NCBI GenBank assembly: GCA_017450465.1
Contig: JAFSUW010000006.1
Span: 3,117 to 35,116 of the forward strand
Length of the DNA stretch: 32,000 nucleotides
DNA from: Clostridia bacterium
GTDB taxonomy: Bacteria; Bacillota; Clostridia; TANB77; RGIG9151
Reading direction: 5' to 3'
The position numbers and the translations under genes were made by a program. The notes under the pieces were generated by a model. The model saw only the letters and a program-made list of their open reading frames with translations. It was not told the DNA's origin and searched no databases. Positions 24,849-31,969 of this stretch are shown one piece after another. Within the stretch, counting starts at the first letter, position 1; each line of letters starts with the position of its first letter.

Positions 24849-26441
24849 TTATTTCTTAAGTAATTTATTTAATACCGGCATTGCCTCTAATTCTTCTCTA
24901 TCAAATGTATTAAGTGCAAATAGCATAAATGCATAAATTACCATTGCAATTCCTACTGCACTAAGTGTTGATATTGTTCTTGAATGTATCAAACTAAGTA
25001 AATAAGTATATGAATAATACGCTACTATTCCCATTGTAAGTGAAGCAAGTAATGGTTTTATAATAACCTTTGTTATTTTTAACTTTAAGTGTATCTTACT
25101 ATTTAATACACAAAAACTTATAGTTGCCGCAACGAAATAACAAATTATTGTACTATATGCCGCACCCATTATTCCTATGTTATAAACTAAAATATAGTTA
25201 GATATATACTTGATTATTGCACCTATTATTATAGCTATCGCTGGCGTATAAACTTTACCCATGCCTTGTAATGAACCATTTAATGTTTGTGCAAGTGCCA
25301 TAAATATTACCGCAAATGCACTAGCTCGTATGTAATAACCACCTGCTGGAGCATTAGGGAATATTGTTGCTATTAATGGTTCTGAAAGTACAGATAACCC
25401 AACTGCTGCTGGAAGTGTAATTAGTATCGTACAAAATACTGAAAACGATATCTTCTTTGAAGCATCTTCTTTATTACCTACTGCAAGTGCCGCTGATATA
25501 TTAGGTACCAAACTTGTTGCGAATGCAATGTTTATCGCAAGTGGCAAGTTAAGTATAGTATCACTTTTACCAGATATTATTCCATATAGTGCCTGTGCTT
25601 CCTCTTGCGAATGTCCTGCATCAAGTAATCTTGGAATTACTGTGAGTAAATTAACCATACCAGCCATAGATGTTATAACAGCGCCAAGTGCTATTGGTAT
25701 AGATAATGAAATTATATTTTTTATAATTCTTTTTGTTGATTCTACTTTGAATTCATTTTCTTTATCCTTAGCATCACGAATATCTTGCCATATGCCTTTT
25801 TTGTGCCTATTATAGTACATTAAAAGATACAAGAAACTAACAACTGTTCCGACCGTTGCACCAAATGTTGCAGCTGCTGCCATTATTTCTGGAGTATGCC
25901 CAATAAATGAAACAGCAAGTGCAATAGTGAATAAGCATTTAGCAACTTGATCTATTACCTGCGATGATGCTTGTGGTTTCATATCGCAGTAACCTTGGAA
26001 ATATCCACGAATTACTGCCGCAATTGCTACAAAATACACGGATGGAGAAAGTGTCCATAAAGAATACTTAACACCAGGGTTTTTTATGACATCCGATACC
26101 CATCCAGCTGTTACAAACATAAATACACTAAAAACAATACCTACTACTGTAAATAGTTGTAACGCAACCTTAAATACCCTATGTGCACCCTTTAAGTTAC
26201 CTGTTGCAACACGTTCTGCAACAAGTTTTGCAAGTGCCGATGGTATACCTACTGTAGATATTGCAAGTATTACTGTATATACCTGAAATGCTGCTCCAAA
26301 ATAACTATTTCCTATATCTCCAAAACCATCTAAGTTTGTTATTGCTACTCTATATACAAAACCGAGTAATTTTATAAGCATCTGTGATATAAATAATATA
26401 ATTATACCTTTCATAAATGTTTGTTTCTTTACTTGTGCCAC
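24849..26441 (-). CDS. MOP-superfamily flippase (SpoVB / polysaccharide biosynthesis protein-like)
   Basis: This is a ~14-TM protein of 530 aa with the N-terminal FMKGIIILFISQMLIKLLGFVYRV pattern of SpoVB/MurJ-like proteins. It has a GTG start with RBS GGGGG. Confidence 0.7.
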   Translation of the reverse strand: MAQVKKQTFMKGIIILFISQMLIKLLGFVYRVAITNLDGFGDIGNSYFGAAFQVYTVILAISTVGIPSALAKLVAERVATGNLKGAHRVFKVALQLFTVVGIVFSVFMFVTAGWVSDVIKNPGVKYSLWTLSPSVYFVAIAAVIRGYFQGYCDMKPQASSQVIDQVAKCLFTIALAVSFIGHTPEIMAAAATFGATVGTVVSFLYLLMYYNRHKKGIWQDIRDAKDKENEFKVESTKRIIKNIISLSIPIALGAVITSMAGMVNLLTVIPRLLDAGHSQEEAQALYGIISGKSDTILNLPLAINIAFATSLVPNISAALAVGNKEDASKKISFSVFCTILITLPAAVGLSVLSEPLIATIFPNAPAGGYYIRASAFAVIFMALAQTLNGSLQGMGKVYTPAIAIIIGAIIKYISNYILVYNIGIMGAAYSTIICYFVAATISFCVLNSKIHLKLKITKVIIKPLLASLTMGIVAYYSYTYLLSLIHSRTISTLSAVGIAMVIYAFMLFALNTFDREELEAMPVLNKLLKK

Positions 26442-26445
26442 AATG

Positions 26446-26847
26446 TTAACCCCCTAATATCATATCTATTACTTCATTTAATCTATCATCATTTTTGAGT
26501 AAAAATAAATACCCAATTAAGGCCTCTAGTGCAGTTGCCTTTTTATAGTCTGCAACAGAAGCATTTTTAGGTATTGTCTTACTATCTGCGTTTCTTCCAC
26601 GCCTTATTATTTCTTGCTCTTCATGTGTTAAATTTTCATAAATTCTATCAAGTGCATCTGCCTGTGCTTTTGCTTTTACAAAACCTGTTGCAAGTGTATG
26701 CAATTTAGAAGTTTTTATATAACCATCATTTACTACTTTAGTTCTTACAAAAACTTCGAATACTGCATCTCCAATATATGCTAAAACTAGTGGACTTATT
26801 AGTGTTAAATCTTTTTCTTTTATATTGCTTAAATCAAAATTAATCAT
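26446..26847 (-). CDS. mrnC: Mini-ribonuclease III
   Basis: LAYIGDAVFEVFVR and ALEALIGYL motifs are present in a 133-aa protein. Confidence 0.8.
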   Translation of the reverse strand: MINFDLSNIKEKDLTLISPLVLAYIGDAVFEVFVRTKVVNDGYIKTSKLHTLATGFVKAKAQADALDRIYENLTHEEQEIIRRGRNADSKTIPKNASVADYKKATALEALIGYLFLLKNDDRLNEVIDMILGG

Positions 26848-27296
26848 TTAGTATTTTTCCCTTTTAACTCCTCTTTATTTTTGTGTATTTCTAAATATGC
26901 TTCTTTTAATGTATCTTCCATTTTAGATAAAACTTCATCTGCGTAATCTATTGAACCCTCACGAATATCTCTTGCTGTTTTTTGTGCATTTATTATTGTT
27001 TCATTTGCTTGTTCATATGATTTTCTTGTAATTTCGCTTTCATCAATCATAGAAACAATGCGATTTTCAGCATCTTTAATTATTGTTTGTGCCTCTTGTT
27101 GTGCTTCAAACAAAAATCTTTGACGCTCTTCCTTTATCCATTTTGCTTGTTTAATTTCATCAGGCAAAGCAACTCTTATTTCTTTTAAGAGTTCTGTAAC
27201 TTCCTTCTTCTTTACCATAGTTCTACCAGTAAGTGGCACACTCCAAGCATTATCTACAAGATCTTCAAGTCTTTCAAGCATATTAAATATTTCCAT
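26844..27296 (-). CDS. Coiled-coil protein of unknown function (often annotated as ATPase subunit H-like)
   Basis: The 150-aa ORF is predominantly helical and charged. It overlaps mrnC by 4 nt. Confidence 0.4.
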   Translation of the reverse strand: MEIFNMLERLEDLVDNAWSVPLTGRTMVKKKEVTELLKEIRVALPDEIKQAKWIKEERQRFLFEAQQEAQTIIKDAENRIVSMIDESEITRKSYEQANETIINAQKTARDIREGSIDYADEVLSKMEDTLKEAYLEIHKNKEELKGKNTK

Positions 27297-27336
27297 TTAT
27301 CTTATCATTCCTTTCACCTAATGTTAAAGGTTATTA

Positions 27337-27882
27337 TTAATATTCTTGCTTAAAAAAAGAAATAATAGTTCTTCCATACTTTCTTGAATCGCATTTTACC
27401 AAATTTCCTACTTTATCTTGTACATCATCTTTTTCATCAATTTCTACAACTACTATTGCGTCTTCGCTTAATTTATCATTTAGCATACCCAAAGCAATAG
27501 TCTCTATATCTTTTGAATATGGTGGATCAATAAAAACCAAATCAAATTTTTTATTTTCTAATTTTTTTAATGCTACTTTATAATCTAAATTTATGACTTG
27601 GGATTTATCTTCTTCACCGCATAACGAAATGTTCTTTTTTACAATGTCTGCTGCTTTCTTATCGCTATCTATAAAAACGCATTCTTTTGCGCCACGACTC
27701 AATGATTCAAGACCTAGTGCGCCACTTCCCGCAAACATATCTAAAACAACCGCATCAATTACCTTTGTACTTAAAATATTAAACAACGATTCCTTAACTC
27801 TATCTGCTGTTGGACGCGTTATGTCAAAACCATCTAAAGTTAAAAGCTTTCTGCCTCTATGTTTTCCTGAAATAATTCTCAT
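27337..27882 (-). CDS. rsmD: 16S rRNA (guanine966-N2)-methyltransferase RsmD
   Basis: Motifs are MRIISGKHRGRKL, RPT.DRVKESLFNIL, DMFAGSGALGLE and FIDPPY. Confidence 0.85.
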   Translation of the reverse strand: MRIISGKHRGRKLLTLDGFDITRPTADRVKESLFNILSTKVIDAVVLDMFAGSGALGLESLSRGAKECVFIDSDKKAADIVKKNISLCGEEDKSQVINLDYKVALKKLENKKFDLVFIDPPYSKDIETIALGMLNDKLSEDAIVVVEIDEKDDVQDKVGNLVKCDSRKYGRTIISFFKQEY

Positions 27883-27962
27883 AATATTATTCCTTCATTT
27901 ATTTTTTCATTTACATTTTATAATATTGATATCTAAACTGCAAGTTTTTTTATAAAATATAC

Positions 27963-27994
27963 AAAAAAAAGACACCAAACCGAAGTTTAGTGCC
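27963..27994 (-). terminator. Terminator cassette copy 1 (after paralog P1)
   Basis: The minus-strand RNA ggcacuaaac-uucg-guuugguguc is followed by U8. It lies 11 nt after the P1 stop. It is near-identical to the hairpins at 30236-30261 and 31940-31963. Confidence 0.75.
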
Positions 27995-28005
27995 TTATGT
28001 TATGT

Positions 28006-28647
28006 TTAGCCAACTGCTTTAATTACGACTGCGGGGCTCGTGATGAGCTGAATAAGATTCTCGTCACGTTTGGCATACGCGTTTCTGCGGAACATCGCGA
28101 TTTCTCCCCTATCTCCCATAAAGCCGCCGTACGTTACGAAGTTGTCTTCTCCGTTTCTTGCGATACGTACCGTATTACCGGCGCCATCAGCAAAGAGGCC
28201 ATCTACGCATCGTACACCACTTTTTTCGAAAACATGATGTGCTGTGGGAGAATCGATGTAGTTTCCTACATAACGGCTGTTGTCACAACCATCGTGGAAA
28301 CTTACAAGACCATGTGCTACACGGTATCCATACCACACAAGAAGTTCGCTCTCCGTGGCAATGTCAGAATGCTTTTCGCCCTCATGGAAGAACTTTTTGG
28401 CCTTCTTACGCCAGGCCTTAAAAGAAAGTCCACGAAAAACCTCGGCACCACTCTTGAAAGTGAGATCACCCTTCTCAGAAATCGAGGGCTCTACGGTAGA
28501 AATCCAGTAGTCATAATTTACTTCCGCCCTTGCCGCACGAACAGATTTGATAAACTTAATCTGCCGTCCGGTACGCGGAGAAGCTTCCTCAAGCCACTGA
28601 TCTACCTCTTCTCTTTCAGTAGGACCTACAAAGAAGAAGTTGTCCAT
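28006..28647 (-). CDS. Paralog P1 of the uncharacterised family (213 aa; most divergent copy)
   Basis: It aligns with P2-P4 at FFFVG..ERE.V..WL, Y.YWI..VEP, ELLVWYGYRVA, CDNS..VGNY.DSP and FADGAGNT. RBS AAGGAGG is present. It starts 9 nt after the P2 stop. Counted lines are 50-52% G+C. Confidence 0.8.
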   Translation of the reverse strand: MDNFFFVGPTEREEVDQWLEEASPRTGRQIKFIKSVRAARAEVNYDYWISTVEPSISEKGDLTFKSGAEVFRGLSFKAWRKKAKKFFHEGEKHSDIATESELLVWYGYRVAHGLVSFHDGCDNSRYVGNYIDSPTAHHVFEKSGVRCVDGLFADGAGNTVRIARNGEDNFVTYGGFMGDRGEIAMFRRNAYAKRDENLIQLITSPAVVIKAVG

Positions 28648-28656
28648 ACATCCTCC

Positions 28657-29301
28657 TTAGCTCTTCTTAATTACAACAACTCCAACAAAGTGACGTGCAG
28701 AGAAGTTGTAATTTTCCTCAAACCTGTACATTGCCACAGGATGGTTCTTACCACAACTCTTATACGAACCACCTACCAAGGCAATGCTCTTAAAGGCAGG
28801 CGACATAACTACCTTAGTAGTATTGCCTACTCCGTCGGCAAATCCACCAATGACGCGGCTATTCGTGGATTCAATTTCATGGCTGCTCGTAGGTGAATCT
28901 TCAAAATTCCCAAGAGCCGAACTGTCATCGCACACATACTCGATGGCCCAATAACCTTCGGCAACTCTATATGCGTACCAGAGCATAAGCTCATAAAGAG
29001 TAGCAAGTTCAGAGTGCCATTCACCATCGTCGAAGTAAGTTTTTGCCACCGCGGGCCACCTGGCAACCTTGATTTTACGCACGATTTCTTCACCGGGCTT
29101 GTAGACAAGGTTGTAATCGTCATCAAACACGGGCTCAATCGTTGCGATGAAGTACTCATATTTGATTGCCTTGAGTGCCCATCTCACAGTTCTTAAAAAA
29201 TCCTGTTGGTTATCCGAATACGCTTCTTCATTCTTCTCCAACCATTCACGTACTTTCTTGCGTTCTTTTTTCCCCATATGGAAGAAATATCTTTGGTTCA
29301 T
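28657..29301 (-). CDS. Paralog P2 of the uncharacterised family (214 aa from the ATG at 29301)
   Basis: Motifs are MNQRYFFHMGKKERKKVREWL, IEP, ELMLWYAYRVAEGYW, VCDDSSALGNFEDSP, GGFADGVGNT and VGGSY, ending VGVVVIKKS. RBS AAAGGA lies 6 nt before 29301. The track start at 29319 is less likely. Confidence 0.8.
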   Translation of the reverse strand: MNQRYFFHMGKKERKKVREWLEKNEEAYSDNQQDFLRTVRWALKAIKYEYFIATIEPVFDDDYNLVYKPGEEIVRKIKVARWPAVAKTYFDDGEWHSELATLYELMLWYAYRVAEGYWAIEYVCDDSSALGNFEDSPTSSHEIESTNSRVIGGFADGVGNTTKVVMSPAFKSIALVGGSYKSCGKNHPVAMYRFEENYNFSARHFVGVVVIKKS

Positions 29302-29386
29302 GACACGTCCTTTCTGCATTGTGCATATATTTACGCTTTCCTCAGCTACTATACTTTGCCGATTTTTGCCGTTTGCAAAAACATAA

Positions 29387-29395
29387 TTATTATAT
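29387..29395 (-). promoter_or_regulatory. Extended -10 box TGATATAAT upstream of the P2-P1 operon
   Basis: The reverse complement of attatatca lies about 85 nt upstream of the P2 start. Confidence 0.35.
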
Positions 29396-29433
29396 CATAT
29401 TAATTATGTAAAGTAAAGAAAAATTTCTTAACA

Positions 29434-29459
29434 CAAAAAGAGCCGAACCTAAGTTCAGC
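29434..29459 (-). terminator. Terminator after P3, overlapping its stop codon
   Basis: The minus-strand stem gcugaac-uuag-guucggc (one G-U pair) is followed by CUCUUUUU. Confidence 0.55.
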
Positions 29460-30114
29460 CCTCATTTTTATTTGGTCGTTCTCTAACAACTAAAACTGCT
29501 GTACTATTTATCTTCAAAATATCAAACGCTGGTGCCAAAGGAAAATAGTATGCCACAGGATAAACTTGACCAAATGCTTCAACGTCTCCTCCACAGAGTG
29601 CATAAGACCTTTCTGCTTGCACAAGTTTCATTGTGTTACCTACTCCGTCCGAAAAACCTCCGACCATTTTAATACCCGATAAATCAATTTTATGCGAACT
29701 TCCCGGAGAATTTTTATAATTACCTTCACTGCTACTGTTGTCGCAAATAAACGAAAGTGTCCACATTCTCCTTGCAACTCGATAACCATACCATAAAAAT
29801 AATTCATCCAAATTTGAAATTTTGGAGTACCACGATGAAGTATTAAAATATTCAGAAGCTTTTTTTATCCACTCTTGTAACGAATGTCCAGTAGCTACTT
29901 TTTTACCCTTGCCATAAAAAATCTCACCGTTATCCGAAAACGAAGGTTCAATAGTCGCAATTTTATACGAATAGTTTATTCTCTTAACTGCTTTTTCGAC
30001 GTTACTTACAAAACGTACCTGATGCACAGCCGGTTTTACTGTTTTTAACCAGTCTTCGACTTCCTTAATTTTTGCTTCGTCCATTTCAAAAAAGTAATTA
30101 AGTTTGTCTTCCAT
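29455..30114 (-). CDS. Paralog P3 of the uncharacterised family (219 aa; lowest G+C copy)
   Basis: Motifs are YFFEMDEAKIKEVEDWL, IEP, ELFLWYGYRVA, ICDNSSSEGNYKNSP, GGFSDGVGNT and CGG, ending AVLVVRERPNKNEG. RBS is GGGAGGACGT. A counted line is 38% G+C. Confidence 0.8.
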   Translation of the reverse strand: MEDKLNYFFEMDEAKIKEVEDWLKTVKPAVHQVRFVSNVEKAVKRINYSYKIATIEPSFSDNGEIFYGKGKKVATGHSLQEWIKKASEYFNTSSWYSKISNLDELFLWYGYRVARRMWTLSFICDNSSSEGNYKNSPGSSHKIDLSGIKMVGGFSDGVGNTMKLVQAERSYALCGGDVEAFGQVYPVAYYFPLAPAFDILKINSTAVLVVRERPNKNEG

Positions 30115-30142
30115 GATATACGTCCTCCCGCCTTGCGGCTAT

Positions 30143-30172
30143 TTAACAACTCCAAAAGAAATCTTTTGGCAT
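30143..30172 (-). other. 9-codon upstream ORF (MPKDFFWSC) with a strong RBS; possible leader peptide or relic 5' end of a lost paralog
   Basis: This is my manual translation. GGAGGAG lies 7 nt before the ATG at 30172. The xxDFF start resembles the family N-termini (MDNFFF, NYFF, GFFF). Confidence 0.3.
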
Positions 30173-30195
30173 AACTTTTCTCCTCCGATATTTTT

Positions 30196-30204
30196 ATTTT
30201 AGCA
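30196..30204 (-). promoter_or_regulatory. Extended -10 box TGCTAAAAT upstream of P3
   Basis: The reverse complement of attttagca lies just downstream of the P4 terminator. Confidence 0.3.
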
Positions 30205-30224
30205 TAATTATTTTTTTATTACAA

Positions 30225-30261
30225 TTAAAAAAACAGGCACCAAACCCGAAGGTTTAGTGCC
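30225..30261 (-). terminator. Terminator cassette copy 2 (after paralog P4)
   Basis: The minus-strand RNA ggcacuaaacc-uucg-gguuuggugcc (11-bp stem, one G-U pair) is followed by a U-run. It lies 8 nt after the stop at 30270. Confidence 0.75.
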
Positions 30262-30269
30262 TTAACATG

Positions 30270-31070
30270 TTATTTTTCTGTTCTTCTCAAAACGATTTTG
30301 CCGCTTGCGTAGTCATCGGTAAGATCAGATCTTTCATACTGGTGCAGAGTATATACCGGGACATACTTCCCAGAATCTCTACAGTATCCTCCGACATACG
30401 CATATTTGCGCTTGTTCTTGATAATTTTGCGAGTGTTCCCGATACCATCTGCAAAGCCACCGACTTCCGTCTTACCAGCACGTGTAAACACTCTTACACC
30501 ATCCGGTGAATCGCGATAATTTCCGGCCGACGAACTGTCATCGCAGACATACTCAATTGTCCAATAACCTCTTGCCACACGATACGCATACCAAAGCGTA
30601 AGCTCGTTAAGCGTTGCCAGATCCGACTGCCAAAAACCATTACTGAAATACTCTGTCGCCATGTATTTCCAGTGCTCAGGCGAATATTTACGAGCTACTT
30701 CCGACCCTTCGGAAAAATAGATATACCCAGTTTTCGGATTAACCGACGGCTCGATACACGAAATCTGAAAGTCGTAATCAACAGTTTCTAATGCTCTCCC
30801 TGTGACTTCTGCGAATATCTGCTGCTGAACTGTCTTAGGAGTAAAACCTTTAAGCCATTTTTCTACAATATCACGTTCATGTTGCCCCATAAAGAAAAAT
30901 CCCTGCTGTGCCATCTCAAAACGATATCCATTCAACTGATAATGTGCTACTTCACCTAATGCATCCTCAACAGAAAAACCTTCATCGGATATCTTAATCG
31001 TTGCTTCGCCCACTTTGATCACGGCTTTATCTATCTCGATAGTATTGCCGTTTACTTCTATTTTTGTCAT
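30270..31070 (-). CDS. Paralog P4 of the uncharacterised family (266 aa; extra ~53-aa N-terminal extension)
   Basis: The core is GFFFMGQHERDIVEKWL, IEP, ELTLWYAYRVARGYW, VCDDSSSAGNYRDSP, GGFADGIGNT and VGGY, ending GKIVLRRTEK. RBS GGAGG lies 4 nt before the ATG. A counted line is 45% G+C. Confidence 0.8.
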   Translation of the reverse strand: MTKIEVNGNTIEIDKAVIKVGEATIKISDEGFSVEDALGEVAHYQLNGYRFEMAQQGFFFMGQHERDIVEKWLKGFTPKTVQQQIFAEVTGRALETVDYDFQISCIEPSVNPKTGYIYFSEGSEVARKYSPEHWKYMATEYFSNGFWQSDLATLNELTLWYAYRVARGYWTIEYVCDDSSSAGNYRDSPDGVRVFTRAGKTEVGGFADGIGNTRKIIKNKRKYAYVGGYCRDSGKYVPVYTLHQYERSDLTDDYASGKIVLRRTEK

Positions 31071-31147
31071 ACGTCCTCCATGTTTTTATTTAGTGTTTAA
31101 ATACGTCCTCAGTTTTACTGATTTCATATATAAAACTCATGGAATAT

Positions 31148-31156
31148 ATTTTATCA
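31148..31156 (-). promoter_or_regulatory. Extended -10 box TGATAAAAT upstream of P4
   Basis: The reverse complement of attttatca lies between the tcdA stop and the P4 start. Confidence 0.3.
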
Positions 31157-31172
31157 CATTGTTTACATAAAA

Positions 31173-31880
31173 TCAACCGTTTGACAAAATATCCTTTACT
31201 ACCTCACTTGCAATAATTAAGCCAGCAACTGATGGTACGAAAGAAATACTACCTGGGACATGTTTATTATTTGAACTCGTTAATTCCACTAATGGTTTTA
31301 TCGGTTCTTCTTTCGAATAAACAACTTTTAACGAATCTATATTTCTTTCCTTTAATTCTTTTCTCATAACCTTTGCTAGTGGGCAAATACTTGTTTTATA
31401 TATATCTGTCACTTCAAACTTTGTGGGATCTAATTTATTACCCGTACCCATACTAGAAATTATAGGAATGTTTAATTCTTTTGCCCTTATAACTAATTCT
31501 ATCTTAGCTGTAATTGTATCAATAGCATCTACGATATAACTTAAATCACTTTCAATTATTCCTTTAGTTTCGGGCATAAAAAATTCTTTATAAACTTCTA
31601 CATTCGCATTTTTATTAATTTCCAATATTCTTTCTTTTGCTACATCAACTTTATATTGTCCAATGGTACTATTTAATGCTATTAGTTGCCTATTTAGGTT
31701 AGTTATACTTACCGTATCGTTATCCACTAAAACAAAATTACCAACACCTGCTCTTGCTAGTGCTTCAACTACATACGAACCTACTCCACCTATTCCAAAA
31801 ACTGCAACTTTGGCTCTTTTAAGCTTCTCTATATTTTCTTTACCTATTAAAATTTCCGTTCTTAAAAATTGACTCTCCAT
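31173..31880 (-). CDS. tcdA: tRNA threonylcarbamoyladenosine dehydratase (ThiF/E1-like, TcdA/CsdL type)
   Basis: It contains KVAVFGIGGVGSYVVEALARAGVGNFVLVDNDTVSITNLNRQ, and its size of 235 aa fits. Its base composition is native and low in G+C. Confidence 0.8.
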   Translation of the reverse strand: MESQFLRTEILIGKENIEKLKRAKVAVFGIGGVGSYVVEALARAGVGNFVLVDNDTVSITNLNRQLIALNSTIGQYKVDVAKERILEINKNANVEVYKEFFMPETKGIIESDLSYIVDAIDTITAKIELVIRAKELNIPIISSMGTGNKLDPTKFEVTDIYKTSICPLAKVMRKELKERNIDSLKVVYSKEEPIKPLVELTSSNNKHVPGSISFVPSVAGLIIASEVVKDILSNG

Positions 31881-31932
31881 TATTATCTCCCTTTCCTAGT
31901 TTATTATATAGTAAACCTGTATATATGTAAAC

Positions 31933-31963
31933 AAAAAAAGACACTAAACCGAAGTTTAGTGCC
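31933..31963 (-). terminator. Terminator cassette copy 3 (after the truncated gene at the window edge)
   Basis: The minus-strand RNA ggcacuaaac-uucg-guuuaguguc is followed by U7. It lies 6 nt after a TAA at 31970-31972. Confidence 0.7.
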
Positions 31964-31969
31964 TAAAAC

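Noticed and set aside
27997-28896. 299-aa plus-strand ORF spanning P1 and P2, along with the other plus-strand and alternative-frame ORFs in 28.1-30.5 kb
   Set aside because: It is codon-aligned antisense to both P1 and P2 (all three start coordinates are congruent modulo 3). Stops can therefore arise only from sense TTA/CTA/TCA codons, which these GC-rich genes avoid. It has no RBS. It runs straight through the P1-P2 intergenic RBS. Its product is low-complexity and not paralogous to anything. The minus-strand genes are supported by four-way protein-level conservation.
28006-31070. Diversity-generating retroelement (template/variable repeat pair) acting on the paralog C-termini
   Set aside because: There is no reverse transcriptase gene in the window. 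There is no near-identical ~100-bp template/variable repeat pair differing only at adenines. The paralogs differ throughout at the nucleotide level, not just in a C-terminal patch.
31173-31880. ThiF/E1-like gene as part of a ubiquitin-like conflict system together with the paralogs
   Set aside because: The sequence matches the small TcdA/CsdL tRNA t6A dehydratase type (GIGGVGS...LVD.D.V..TNLNRQ, 235 aa). It has native low G+C. No Ubl, E2 or JAB partner is nearby. It is most simply a housekeeping gene flanked by insertions.
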